Assembly: GCA_963749195.1 (NCBI GenBank)
Contig: CAVVLX010000007.1
Coordinates: forward strand, 278,861 to 342,860
DNA: 64,000 bases
Direction of reading: 5' to 3'
Source of the DNA: an uncultured Thermoplasmata archaeon
GTDB lineage: Archaea; Thermoplasmatota; Thermoplasmata; Lutacidiplasmatales; UBA184
This document shows, one piece after another, positions 29,104 to 39,398 of the stretch (its first letter is position 1; each line of letters starts with the position of its first letter). The notes under the pieces are model-generated. The model saw only the letters and a program-made list of their open reading frames with translations. It was not told where the DNA came from and made no database searches. The position numbers were made by a program, and so were the translations under genes.

Positions 29104-29514
29104 ATGTCCGCTCGGCCGGTCGCCCCCCGTCCTAGACGCCCCCTCACCGAACCAGTGGAAGCTAGCCTCGAATTGCCCGCCCCCAGCGGCTCGCTCCGCC
29201 CGATTCGTGAGATCGCCGATGAGGCGCGTCGACGCTTGGAGCCCCCTCGGGGGGTTGCCAATCCGCTGGTGGGCCGGAGGAGCTGCGTGGGTTGCGCGGC
29301 TCCGATCGAAGATCGGACAGCGCTCATCCTATGCTGGGGTTGTGGCCGACCCCTTTGCGGCGCGTGCTACTGGACCCGGCTTCCGGGAGCTGCGTTGCAC
29401 CGGTGTCCGGGATGTGTCGGTCGAGAGTCGGCGACGAAAGCATCGCCAATCTCCGGGGGCCACGCGACCCTCAGCGCGTCGACGGTTTCTTACGGCTCCG
29501 GCCGGATCCGATAA
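29104..29514 (+). CDS. Cys-rich Zn-finger protein
   Basis: CVGC...CWGC...CGAC...CPGC (four CxxC pairs). Confidence 0.55.
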   Translation: MSARPVAPRPRRPLTEPVEASLELPAPSGSLRPIREIADEARRRLEPPRGVANPLVGRRSCVGCAAPIEDRTALILCWGCGRPLCGACYWTRLPGAALHRCPGCVGRESATKASPISGGHATLSASTVSYGSGRIR

Positions 29515-31165
29515 TCGACTCGATCGACCTGGCATTCAGTACCATCCCTTTCTCGACCCAGCCCCGCCGAGCAAATCCTACCGCCAATCCCACTGGCGCG
29601 CCCGAACGCCCCATCCCAATCTCTCCGCTTAGGTGGACGTTGATTCCGGCCTCCCGTGCCAGTCGTGCGCCCGTGGCATCCAGCCCACCGACGCCGGGTC
29701 GGGGCGTGATCTCGAAAGCGACCCGTTGCGCCCGAGCCCAGGGGAACCAGACCGAGGCCAGGTCCGCGTTCTCGGTTCCCGACCCCGCGGCGGGGCCGAG
29801 GTGACCTACGAACAGCGGCGCCGGCACGCTGTTCCGTGCGGGCGGAACCGAGGGTCCGCCGCTCCGCGGAGAGTAGATCCAAAAATCGGACGGGGGGTTG
29901 GTGGATTGGGTGTCCGGGGGAGGCGCCGTGCCTTCCCAACCGACGAGGATCAGTGGGAAACCGCGCCCTTGACGTTGACGCAACGAACGGATCCGTTCGA
30001 GTAGGTCGTGACCTAGCGGGACGCGGGCAACGTCGATGGCTTCGGAGCCGGTCACGAATCCGAGGTACTTCCAACGGCGTTCGTTCGCCTCCATTACGAT
30101 CCGCTCGATGTCATCGACCGATGCTTTCGGGTCGAGATGGACGTGCAGGTCGCCGAGGAGATCGCTTTCCTCGACCAAGGAGGGTAACGTCCCTCCCATC
30201 GCCGCGTCAATCTCCCCTTGGTTTTCCCGGATCTCCGGAGGAATCAGCGGGAGACCGAGAGTCGCGTACACCTCCGCTTCGGTGGCGCCGGCGATCACGT
30301 CGTCCCCGCGGAAGACGCCATACTCGTTGATCTTGAGCCCTCGGTCTCGTGCGATGGAGCGCAGTCGTACGTTGTGGTCCTTCGAACCCGTGAAGTACTG
30401 AAGGGCCGCGCCGAAAGACTCCGGGGCCACGACGCGAATGTCGACCTGGATCCCGGGAGCGTAGATCAAACTCTCCTTGGTCGACCCTCGAACTACGATC
30501 CCTTGGACCTCCGGCAGCTTCGAGGCGACATCGAACACTTTCTCCGGTTCGCGCGCGGTGACCAGCACATCGAGATCCCCAATCGTTTCGCGGCAGCGAC
30601 GCATACTTCCGGCTAGCTCCACTCGGTCGACGGGAGCCTGCCGTCGGAGTTCGTCCATCAATCGTTGGGCGATCGGCCACACTTCCGCCAGCGGCCGTCG
30701 CTGCTCGCTTGACCCACCCGTCCGAGCGACCGCAGCTCGAAGCTGGGCGATCTTCCGGTCCTTGAATCCCGGCAGGCTGACCAGTTTACCGGCATCAATC
30801 GCGGCGAGCAGTTCCGCAGGACCCTCGACGCCCAGCTCGATCCAGAATCGACGGGCGCTCTTGGGACCGATTCCGGGGCGGTGCATCAAATCCACGATCC
30901 CCGGGGGGACCTCCTTGCGAAGCCGATCGTAGTACTCGATCGTCCCCGTTTTCAGGAACTCCTGTAACTTCTCTTGGATTGCATCGCCCACGCCGGGGAT
31001 GCTGCGAAGTTCGCCTCTCCCGGCGACCTTTTGGAGGTCCTCGGAGAGCGACTCGATCGACCGGGCCGCGCGTCGGTAGGCTTCGGGCTTGAACTTCTCC
31101 CCTTGCAGATCGAGTAGGTCGCCGATCTCTCGTAGGATCTCGACGGCCCGGGAGTTGGTCGACAT
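29471..31165 (-). CDS. polX: DNA polymerase X family protein with degenerate PHP domain
   Basis: HhH IPGVGDAI, AGSMRR, GDLDVL, QYFTGSKDHN, INEYG, PPEIREN, GDLHVH. Confidence 0.92.
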   Translation of the reverse strand: MSTNSRAVEILREIGDLLDLQGEKFKPEAYRRAARSIESLSEDLQKVAGRGELRSIPGVGDAIQEKLQEFLKTGTIEYYDRLRKEVPPGIVDLMHRPGIGPKSARRFWIELGVEGPAELLAAIDAGKLVSLPGFKDRKIAQLRAAVARTGGSSEQRRPLAEVWPIAQRLMDELRRQAPVDRVELAGSMRRCRETIGDLDVLVTAREPEKVFDVASKLPEVQGIVVRGSTKESLIYAPGIQVDIRVVAPESFGAALQYFTGSKDHNVRLRSIARDRGLKINEYGVFRGDDVIAGATEAEVYATLGLPLIPPEIRENQGEIDAAMGGTLPSLVEESDLLGDLHVHLDPKASVDDIERIVMEANERRWKYLGFVTGSEAIDVARVPLGHDLLERIRSLRQRQGRGFPLILVGWEGTAPPPDTQSTNPPSDFWIYSPRSGGPSVPPARNSVPAPLFVGHLGPAAGSGTENADLASVWFPWARAQRVAFEITPRPGVGGLDATGARLAREAGINVHLSGEIGMGRSGAPVGLAVGFARRGWVEKGMVLNARSIESIIGSGRSRKKPSTR

Positions 31166-31200
31166 TCGGTGTGCCCGACACCGATCGCAAAGCTAAGCGC

Positions 31201-32004
31201 TTACGGCGGAGTGGGCAGTCGTTGGACGCCGGCATCGATCCAAATCCGGCGACCAAACGGACCAAACCCGACCCGTTCGTAGGCCCGTCGGGCCGGCTGA
31301 TTTGCTTCGAGGACATACAAGGCGCTGGCCGCATGGACCCGCGACGCATCGCCCACGAGACCCGTCACGAGGGCGGTGGCCAGGCCCCGGCCTCGGGCCT
31401 CCGGCGAAACGAAGACTCCCGTGATGACCCACACCGCGGGGAGGCGCGCCGCCGTCTTCGCAACGCCGAGGAGCGCGCCGGATTCGGGGGAGAAGGCGCC
31501 CCATATCGGTTCCACTCCGGGATCGATCTCGGCGTAGCTCTGGAGGAGGGGGTCAGAGAATTGATGCACGAAGAACTCGATCGCCGGACGGTCGAACGGG
31601 CGGAGTCGGCGGACTCCGGGAGCCGCGGGCGGGGGGACCTCCCCCGACAACGATCGTTGGAGGATCAGCAGGGGTTCGGAAGTCGTCGGCGCGTAACGGG
31701 TCCGTACCAGTGGGGCGATCTCGGCCGGGACGACCATTTGCAGCGGGCGGAGGGGAGAACGCTCGAGGAGCGGCTCCGCTTCCGTTCCGTTCCCCACCCA
31801 ATGGACGACCGGGCCCGCGGCCCGTCCACTCCAGATCAGCAGATAGGCGATCGTTTCGTTGCTCCGAAGGCACGAGATGAAGCGGACCTTCTCGGGCGTT
31901 CGCTCCAAATCCCATACCGCGTAGGCATGTGAGATGGGATCCCGCTGGGCGGCCGCTTCCAGCCATCGACGATCGATCCCCTCGACGAGTTCGACTCCCG
32001 GCAT
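31201..32004 (-). CDS. GNAT-family acetyltransferase
   Basis: VFVSPEARGRGLA, NQPARRAYERVGF. Confidence 0.85.
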   Translation of the reverse strand: MPGVELVEGIDRRWLEAAAQRDPISHAYAVWDLERTPEKVRFISCLRSNETIAYLLIWSGRAAGPVVHWVGNGTEAEPLLERSPLRPLQMVVPAEIAPLVRTRYAPTTSEPLLILQRSLSGEVPPPAAPGVRRLRPFDRPAIEFFVHQFSDPLLQSYAEIDPGVEPIWGAFSPESGALLGVAKTAARLPAVWVITGVFVSPEARGRGLATALVTGLVGDASRVHAASALYVLEANQPARRAYERVGFGPFGRRIWIDAGVQRLPTPP

Positions 32005-32091
32005 TCAGCGCACAGGAACCTTCCGCAAGCTAAAAACACCCTCGAGGAGAACGCTTTTTCCTCGGAGCAACGGTAAATCCCGGCGAACGGT

Positions 32092-32973
32092 ATGATGCGG
32101 GTGCCCCACGGCCATCAACCCTCCCCCGCGTTTCCCGAGCATCTCCAAACGCTGTACGAGCGCTTTCCCTTCGCGCGCTCCCTCGCGGAGGACCCGATCT
32201 CCGCAGTCCGACCCCTGGTCCGAGACCGACGGAGCGGCGAGATCGCCGGCATATTCGCTGCGACACTCGCGATCGGCAACACGACCGCGATCCGAGGAGC
32301 GATTGGTCGCTTGGCCGAAGCCGCCCACGGCAATCTTTCGGATTTTGTGATCCATCGGTCTAGAGCGGAGCGAGCGCGCGCGTTGCAGGGATTTCACCAT
32401 CGGTGGATTCGGGCGGATCAGATGGCATTTCTCGCGACGCGATTGGCGCGATGCTACGAGCAGTACGATTCACTCGAAGCGCCGTTCGTAGAAGGGATGC
32501 TCGATGGGGGCTTCGCGCAGGGGCTCGATCGCCTCGCACGGATGCTCCGCGGCGATGCACGCGCTCCGCGCGGGTACAACGCCCTCTTCCCGAGCCCTCT
32601 CGACCGCGCGAAGAGCCCGTGCAAGCGGATGACCCTCTTCGTTCGATGGATGGTCCGACCCGCGTATCCCGACCTCGGACTTTGGACGCACGTTCCGACG
32701 GGGGAGTTGCGGATCCCTCTCGACCAGCACGTCTATTGGATCGCCTACCATCTGGGACTTACCCAACGGAAGAGCCGTTCGTGGGCCACGGTCGAGGAGG
32801 TGACGGAAGCGCTTCGTCGGATCGATCCCCTGGATCCGGTCAAGTACGACTTTGTCCTGTGCCATACGGGGATCTCGGGTGACTGTCCGAAGGTTCGGGA
32901 TCTGTCGGTGTGCGGGCCGTGCGTCGTCCGACCCGATTGCTTGATGTGGCGCAGCCGGTCCGTGGCGGCGTGA
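32092..32973 (+). CDS. TIGR02757/DUF2400-like (HhH-GPD-related) protein
   Basis: SPCKRMTLFVRWMVR, DLGLW, IPLDQH, DPVKYDFVL, C-terminal Cys cluster. Confidence 0.85.
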   Translation: MMRVPHGHQPSPAFPEHLQTLYERFPFARSLAEDPISAVRPLVRDRRSGEIAGIFAATLAIGNTTAIRGAIGRLAEAAHGNLSDFVIHRSRAERARALQGFHHRWIRADQMAFLATRLARCYEQYDSLEAPFVEGMLDGGFAQGLDRLARMLRGDARAPRGYNALFPSPLDRAKSPCKRMTLFVRWMVRPAYPDLGLWTHVPTGELRIPLDQHVYWIAYHLGLTQRKSRSWATVEEVTEALRRIDPLDPVKYDFVLCHTGISGDCPKVRDLSVCGPCVVRPDCLMWRSRSVAA

Positions 32974-33386
32974 CCCCCGCTCCCGCGCTGCCCATCGATC
33001 CCGGGCTCTGGAGTCGATTTGCGGCGGCGGGCACGCAGATAACCTGGCGACCGGCCGACGTTCTCGGGCGCCGGGCAACGCCGTCCGGCCCACTTCGAAA
33101 CCGCATCGCCCACTTGCATGATGAAGAGGCGCGCGTGGAAGAGCGAAAGGTACCGAAGGGATTCTCGCTGCTCGTCGAATCCGGACCCGTAGGGGCGCTC
33201 GTCATTCTGCTCGAAGCCGGCGCCCGAGGAGTGCCGGACCAACTGGCCAGCGTGGAAGGGACCGAGGAACCTCGGTTTCCTTCGGGGGCGATCCGGGCTT
33301 CGTGGGGAACGGCGGCGCGTTCGACGACCGGATCCGGCGTGAGGCTCGCCGATTTGGTCGAGCTCGCGCGCTATGCGCTCCGCTGA
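32970..33386 (+). CDS. Hypothetical protein
   Basis: GTGA-coupled to the upstream gene; host-like codon usage. Confidence 0.5.
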   Translation: MTPAPALPIDPGLWSRFAAAGTQITWRPADVLGRRATPSGPLRNRIAHLHDEEARVEERKVPKGFSLLVESGPVGALVILLEAGARGVPDQLASVEGTEEPRFPSGAIRASWGTAARSTTGSGVRLADLVELARYALR

Positions 33387-33420
33387 AGCCGAGTGGTCCG
33401 GCGCGAGAGGCGTGGGGCGA

Positions 33421-36201
33421 TTACGAGCAGCCGCTCGTGGCGCCGCAGACGGTGCAGGCGTAGCACGTGCCCGAGCGGACCATGATCCCGCCGCAGATGT
33501 GACACGAGGGGGCATCTTCCGAGACCCCTCCCGACGTCGACGATTCTCCGAAGACATCGAGCGGCCGGGTCTCGAACTTGACGGTCGCCGAGGCGGGGGA
33601 TCGATTCGTACCCGCGGATCCGTGACCATTTCCATTCTCCCCCGCGGGGGCTTCGAGCCCAATCGACCGGCGGTCCTCCTCGGTGAGGAACTCGAGGGCC
33701 AACCAGCGGGCGACGTAATCCGGAATAGATTTCGCGAAACGGACCTTCGGATTATTCGTCGCGCCGGCGGGCTCGAATCGAAGGTGGGCTAACTTCCGTA
33801 CGAGGTCTTTCAGCGGCACTCCATGCTGGAGCGCCATCGACATCGAGATCCCGAGCGAGTCCATGAGGCCGTTGACGGTCGACCCTTCCTTCGTGACCCG
33901 GAAGAAGACCTCCCCCGGCCGGCCATCCGGGTACAGACCGACGGTGACGTAGCCGTCGTGACCTCCGACCGAGAAGTGGTGCGTGATCGCCTTCCGTTCG
34001 TCGGGGAGGCGCTCGCGCGCGGGAGCGCGGACACCGATCACAGCGGCGGCTTTGCCCTTCCCGGTTTCGTACGGCTGCGAGGCTTTGCAGCCATCGCGGT
34101 AGAGGGCGACGGATTTGATCCCGAGTCGCCAGGCTTCGAGGTAGATCCGCTCAATATCCTCGACCGTCGCGTCGTTCGAGAGGTTGATCGTCTTGGAGGC
34201 TCCCCCCGAGAGGAAGGGTTGGACCGCCCCCAGCATCTTGAGGTGCCCCATCGGGGGAATCGTCCGGTTTCCTCCCATCGGGGCGAGCGCGCAATCGAAC
34301 ACGCTCAGGTGCTCGGGTTTGAGACCGGGGGCGCCTTCTACGGTGCCCGTAGTTTCAAGATACTTCGTGATCACCTCGACCGACGCGGCAGAGTATCCGA
34401 GGCTCGTCAGTCCATCGGCGACGGTACGATTCACCATTCGCATCGTGCCGCCGCCGACAAGATTCTTCGTTTTGACAAGGGAGAGTTCGGGTTCGAGTCC
34501 GAGGGTATCGCAACCCATGAGGAGTCCAATGGTGCCGGTCGGGGCAATGACGGAGATCTGCGCGTTGCGGTATCCCCACAACTCGCCGGCTTTCACCGTC
34601 TCCCGCCATCGCTCCGCGGAAGCTTGGACCAGGGAGTTCAAGCGAGGGTCATTCAATGGGATCCGCTCCGCCGCCGTAGCATGTTTGCCCATGACGCGCA
34701 ACATCGGCGCTCGGTTCTTGTCGAAGCCCGCGAACGGACCCATCCGCTTGGCAATCTCCGCGGACATGTGATATCCTTCGCCAGAGAGATACGCACTGAT
34801 CGCGCCGGCGAGAGTCCGCCCCTCGTCGGAATCATACGAGAGTCCGTAATGCATCAGCAGCGCGCCGAGGTTGGCGTACCCGAGGCCGAGCGGGCGGAAA
34901 TCGTGGGAGTTTTGCGCGATCGGAGCGGTCGGGTAGCTCGAGGCATCGACGACGATCTCCATCGCTAGGATCATTGTTCGGACCGCGGCATGGAAAAGGT
35001 CGAGGTCGAACGATCCGTTCGTGTCGAGAAAGCGCATCAGGTTGATCGAGGCTAGATTGCAGGCGGTATCGTCCAGGAAGAGATATTCGCTGCAGGGATT
35101 CGAGGCGTTGATCCGTCCGGACATCGGCGACGTGTGCCAATCGTTGGTTATGTCGTCGAACTGAACGCCAGGGTCTCCGCACCGCCACGCCGCGTAGGCG
35201 AGCTTGCGCCATAGGTCGCGAGCTCGATAGGTCGACGCGATCGCGTGATCCGTTCGGCTGTAGGTTTTCCATTCGCCGTCCTTTTGAACGGCTTCCATGA
35301 ACGAGTCGGGGATTCGCACCGAGTGGTTCGCGTTTTGGTAGGCGATGGATGCGTAGGCGGAATCGGGATCCGTTCCGTCGAAATTCGGAGAATAGCCTTC
35401 CCGAATGAGGGCGTACGCCTTGTCCTCCTCGCGGACTTTGCATTCGATGAAATCTACGATGTCCGGGTGGTCCATGTTGAGGATCACCATCTTGGCGGCC
35501 CGCCGGGTCGTACCGCCGGATTTGATCACGCCCGCCAGCGCGTCGAACGCGCGCATGAAGGAAACCGGCCCCGAAGCGATTCCGCCGCCAGAGAGCTTCT
35601 CATGACTTCCCCGGAGTGAGGAAAGGTTGGAGCCGGTGCCGCTCCCGCCCTTGAACAGCCGCCCCTCGCTCACGGCGAGATTCAGGATGGAGTCCATGTC
35701 ATCCCCCACGGATTGGATGAAACAGGCGGAACACTGAGGGGGGTCGCGGACGCCAACGTTGAACCAAACGGGGCTGTTGAACGCTGCCATTTGTTGGACC
35801 ATGAGATATGCCAAACTCTCCTCGAGCGTCGTGGCTTCCCCCGGCGTATCGAAATATCCGAGCTCGAGTCCAGTTTGCGAAATCCAGTGACAGACTCGTC
35901 GGATCATCCCTTCCACGGAGTTTTCGCGTCGCCCCTGGATCACGCGGAAATACTTCGAGGCGGCGATATTGATCGAATTATCCGACCACAATGTTGGAGC
36001 GCGAATCCCCTTCTGTTCGAAGATGACCTTGCCGTCGGCGTTCTTGATGAGCGAATCGTGATTTTTCCACTCGACGGTGTCGAAAGCGGTCTTGTCCCGC
36101 GGGACGAGTCGCGGGACCGGAATCGGTTCGCGTCCTATCCGGGGAGCGGCCCGAACCGCCGACTCTTCGGGAAGGGATGCACGTTTCTTTGCAACTGCCA
36201 T
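33421..36201 (-). CDS. nrdJ: Class II (B12-dependent) ribonucleotide reductase
   Basis: FNSPVWFN, CSACFI, SNPCSEY, APTGT, C-terminal TSCPD-like domain and Zn ribbon ending GATSGCS. Confidence 0.95.
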   Translation of the reverse strand: MAVAKKRASLPEESAVRAAPRIGREPIPVPRLVPRDKTAFDTVEWKNHDSLIKNADGKVIFEQKGIRAPTLWSDNSINIAASKYFRVIQGRRENSVEGMIRRVCHWISQTGLELGYFDTPGEATTLEESLAYLMVQQMAAFNSPVWFNVGVRDPPQCSACFIQSVGDDMDSILNLAVSEGRLFKGGSGTGSNLSSLRGSHEKLSGGGIASGPVSFMRAFDALAGVIKSGGTTRRAAKMVILNMDHPDIVDFIECKVREEDKAYALIREGYSPNFDGTDPDSAYASIAYQNANHSVRIPDSFMEAVQKDGEWKTYSRTDHAIASTYRARDLWRKLAYAAWRCGDPGVQFDDITNDWHTSPMSGRINASNPCSEYLFLDDTACNLASINLMRFLDTNGSFDLDLFHAAVRTMILAMEIVVDASSYPTAPIAQNSHDFRPLGLGYANLGALLMHYGLSYDSDEGRTLAGAISAYLSGEGYHMSAEIAKRMGPFAGFDKNRAPMLRVMGKHATAAERIPLNDPRLNSLVQASAERWRETVKAGELWGYRNAQISVIAPTGTIGLLMGCDTLGLEPELSLVKTKNLVGGGTMRMVNRTVADGLTSLGYSAASVEVITKYLETTGTVEGAPGLKPEHLSVFDCALAPMGGNRTIPPMGHLKMLGAVQPFLSGGASKTINLSNDATVEDIERIYLEAWRLGIKSVALYRDGCKASQPYETGKGKAAAVIGVRAPARERLPDERKAITHHFSVGGHDGYVTVGLYPDGRPGEVFFRVTKEGSTVNGLMDSLGISMSMALQHGVPLKDLVRKLAHLRFEPAGATNNPKVRFAKSIPDYVARWLALEFLTEEDRRSIGLEAPAGENGNGHGSAGTNRSPASATVKFETRPLDVFGESSTSGGVSEDAPSCHICGGIMVRSGTCYACTVCGATSGCS

Positions 36202-36578
36202 TGAGGTTTACTCCGGAAGGAACGCTGCGACCGGCGCTGCTCGAGCGTAGGACCTAATTCCCCGATCGCCGCCGCTCCTAACGGGCCCTCGGTCAGTGGG
36301 TGAAACGGTCCCGGTGAAGGGGCGTTTCATTTCTGGCGTAAGCCTGTCGGAACGCTAACGGTGTCGCGAGAACACCCGTCGCGGACCCTCCGGGTGGCGC
36401 CAAGCGCGACGCGGTATAAGCCTACTTGGTCGGATTTGTGTCGCCGAGCGCCGGCGACGCGTCGGTTGAAACGCTCAGGCCGTTCCTGCGTAAGATTCGT
36501 TGCGATTTCCTGGCCCACGTCGAGACTAAGTAACGGTCGCCGACCATCTTTCTTCGGCGAATGGAAGGGAGAGCGCTG

Positions 36579-37582
36579 ATGGCGATCGGTCGCCCTTTCG
36601 CGCGGCTATTTCACCGACGGCCCATCCTCCTGCTCTTGGCGCTGTCCCCCGGGATCCCGGAGTATCTTTCCGGCTCTACCTCGTTCGAGGGGCTCGTTCT
36701 CAATCCGTTTGCCTTCGTCTTGTTCTTAGGCCTGAACCTGGGTCTCTATGGTCCGGGCGTTCTTCTGATCCGAGAAGCCTTCGTCCGATGGAAGAAAGGA
36801 TGGGCGTCGCTGCTCCTGATGGGCGCCGCCTATGGGTTACTGGAAGAGGGCACTGCACTCAGCACGCTCTTCAATCCGCAGGCCTCCGTAGTGAGCGGAC
36901 TCGGATTCTACGGGCATTATCTCGGCGTGAACTGGATCTGGCTCATTGGGATCCTCCAGATCCACGCGGTCTACAGTATTGGATTGCCGATCGTCCTCGT
37001 GGCCTTGGCGCTCCCCGAGACCCGGGCCAAGCGATCCTGACGAAGAGTCAGATCCGAATCGTTTTCCTCATCTTCGGGGTGGACCTTCTCGTACTGACCC
37101 TCGCTACTCACTATTGGGCGGGCTTGCTTCTCATCGTCCTGGCGGTCATCGCCGCCGCCGGATTGGCGCTCCTGGCCTTTCGCCTGCCCCCTCGGCGGTT
37201 CGAACCACCGGCGTTACTTCCCCGCGCGCGCCCGGCAGCGTTCCTCCTCTTGGGGCTCGCATTTTACCCGATACTATTACTCGTACCGGCGGTCGGAGAA
37301 CACTTGGGTTGGGTCGCCATTCTGACCGGAGCGATGGAGATCGTCCTCTGCGCCCTGCTCCTCGGAGTGGTCCGAGGAACCATCGGTCACGCCCAAAACG
37401 AGCCGCATCGGATCCTCCTCGCGGTCGGTGCGATCGCGCCGATCATGGTCTTCGGATTGATCGCGCAGATTCTGATTCCTATCGTCTTGCTCGCCGACGT
37501 TCTGGCCGCGCTCTACTTTCTCACGCTGTGGAGGCGGTATCGAACAGGGCTCGCCTCCGTTGGGATGGTTGCCCCGGCCTAA
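36579..37582 (+). CDS. Multi-pass membrane protein, frameshifted near 37025
   Basis: ORFs 36561-37040 and 36788-37582 join as ...PETRGQAILT... by adding one G. Confidence 0.65.
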
Positions 37583-37740
37583 GTGGAAGTTCGAGACATA
37601 ACCGGCGCCGGCAATACCCGCATCGTACAGGGCATCACGGCACCGCAATCGCCGCAGTACAACCCCTCCTCGGCGACCCATAAGAATTGGCCGCATCGCT
37701 CGCACTTTCGAGGATCCTCGGGATCGTTTCGGCAGACCAT
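37579..37740 (-). CDS. Small Zn-ribbon protein (53 aa)
   Basis: CERC...CGDC; TTATA box about 25 nt upstream. Confidence 0.55.
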   Translation of the reverse strand: MVCRNDPEDPRKCERCGQFLWVAEEGLYCGDCGAVMPCTMRVLPAPVMSRTST

Positions 37741-37808
37741 CACGGGAACGAGGGGTCCCGAGGTATAATTCGTTCGGGTCCGACACGCCGTTCGGTTCCC
37801 AGCCGTGC

Positions 37809-37849
37809 AAGAAAAAAGAAAGAAGGGAACCCTTCCCGAGGGAAAGGTT
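37809..37849 (-). terminator. Putative terminator (hairpin plus oligo-T)
   Basis: Minus strand AACCTTTCCCTCGGGAAGGGTT hairpin followed by TTCTTTCTTTTTTCTT after the 71-aa gene. Confidence 0.55.
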
Positions 37850-37868
37850 CCGTTAGGGGAGAACGCGA

Positions 37869-38084
37869 TTACGCGTTCTTCATCCGAGCGCGGGAGATGA
37901 ACCCCTTCTTGTCGAGGAAGTACATGTAGCCGTCTTGTCGGGTGACCTTCTCGGTTCCGACTCGCGACTTCCTTCCCGACTTGTTCAGCTTGGTCGGCGT
38001 CTTCCAAAGGTACCCGTCTTTGCCCAGGTAGTACAGGTATCCCTTCTCTCGCTTGATCTGCTCTTTTCCTACGCGCTCCGCCAT
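37869..38084 (-). CDS. Small basic protein with internal duplication
   Basis: 71 aa, Lys/Arg-rich; RVGKEQIKREKGYLYYLGKDGY / RVGTEKVTRQDGYMYFLDKKGF; GGTGAGG SD. Confidence 0.85.
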   Translation of the reverse strand: MAERVGKEQIKREKGYLYYLGKDGYLWKTPTKLNKSGRKSRVGTEKVTRQDGYMYFLDKKGFISRARMKNA

Positions 38085-38141
38085 GTGTGGCGACCTCACC
38101 GGCGAAGACGGCAGCACCCCTATTTAGATGTGCGGGCGCAT

Positions 38142-39398
38142 TTACCTCAGAGAAATCGGGTTTCCCTGACGTGAAACGTGTGTCGGAATTGCTCCGACGC
38201 GATATCCGAGATGCGTCGCGTGGGGAATATCGAAAATGGAAAAATCCGCCGGTCGACCGAGGGCGATCTGGCCCGCCCCCTCCTCCAGCGCGGAAGCGTG
38301 CGCGGCGTTCACCGTCGCTGCCGTCAGCGCTTCGGCCGGAGTGAGGTGCCCCCGATAGACGGCGTGGGAAATCACGATCGGCATGGATTCGACCCATGAG
38401 TTCGGGCACAGATCACTGCCGAGCGCCACCGGAACGCCCGCATCCACCATCTCGCGACCGGGAACGCGTAGCGTAGAAAGCGAGGCGAATGGCGTCACAG
38501 GAAGTAGCACCGCGGTGACGCCGGCGCGCGCTAATGCGCGGCGATCATCCGCATGCGCGACGAGCAAATGCTCGGCCGATCGAGCTTTGAGACGAGCCGC
38601 GACGCGCGCACCCCCACTGAACACGAATTCCTCCGCATGTACTTTGATCCCGAGTCCGAGGCCCGCCGCCGCGCGCAGGAGACGAGTCGCTTGAGTCGGC
38701 GTGAAAAATCCCGGCTCGCAGAACACGTCGCAGAATCGCGCGAGTCGACGACGAGCAACGACCGGAAGCGTCCGGCGAATGAGCAGATCGATGTAGGCGT
38801 CGGCGCGTCCCGCGAATTCCGGTGGCACGGCGTGCGCCCCGAGAAACGTCGGGACGAGCCGCATCCGAGTGCGTCGCGCGAGACGGGCGATGAGCGAGAG
38901 GAGCCGAAGCTCACCGTGATGGGTCAAGGCGTACCCGCTTTTCACCTCGACCGAGGAAGTCCCCAGCGAGGCCATCCGAAGCAGTCGGCGTTCCGCTGAC
39001 TGAAGAAGCTCGGAGGAAGAGGCGTGACGGGTGGCCCGAACTGTTGAGAACAATCCGCCCCCCCGACGTGCGATCTCCAGATACGTCGACCCGCGAAGCT
39101 TCGACTCGAGCTCACCGACGCGGTCTCCGGCGTAGATTAGGTGAGTATGGGCGTCGACGAATCCGGGTACGACGGTTCCGCCCTCCGCGTCCCAGTGAAG
39201 TTTTCCAGGGCGTAGGCGGACCTCTGTCCGTGCTCGACGTTCTGGTCCGATAAACGCGAATCGTCCCCGGTCCACGGCGATCGCAGCGTCATGGAGAACA
39301 CCGAGGTCACGCATGGATTCTCCGACGCGCGGTACCGGGCCTCGGGCAAGGGTCGCTAGCTCGCCGATGCCCGTGACCAGGAGATCCGCGCGGATCAT
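38142..39398 (-). CDS. hutI: Imidazolonepropionase
   Basis: PGFVDAHTH, EVKSGYAL, TFLGAHAVP, DVFCE, ALGSD. Confidence 0.92.
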   Translation of the reverse strand: MIRADLLVTGIGELATLARGPVPRVGESMRDLGVLHDAAIAVDRGRFAFIGPERRARTEVRLRPGKLHWDAEGGTVVPGFVDAHTHLIYAGDRVGELESKLRGSTYLEIARRGGGLFSTVRATRHASSSELLQSAERRLLRMASLGTSSVEVKSGYALTHHGELRLLSLIARLARRTRMRLVPTFLGAHAVPPEFAGRADAYIDLLIRRTLPVVARRRLARFCDVFCEPGFFTPTQATRLLRAAAGLGLGIKVHAEEFVFSGGARVAARLKARSAEHLLVAHADDRRALARAGVTAVLLPVTPFASLSTLRVPGREMVDAGVPVALGSDLCPNSWVESMPIVISHAVYRGHLTPAEALTAATVNAAHASALEEGAGQIALGRPADFSIFDIPHATHLGYRVGAIPTHVSRQGNPISLR

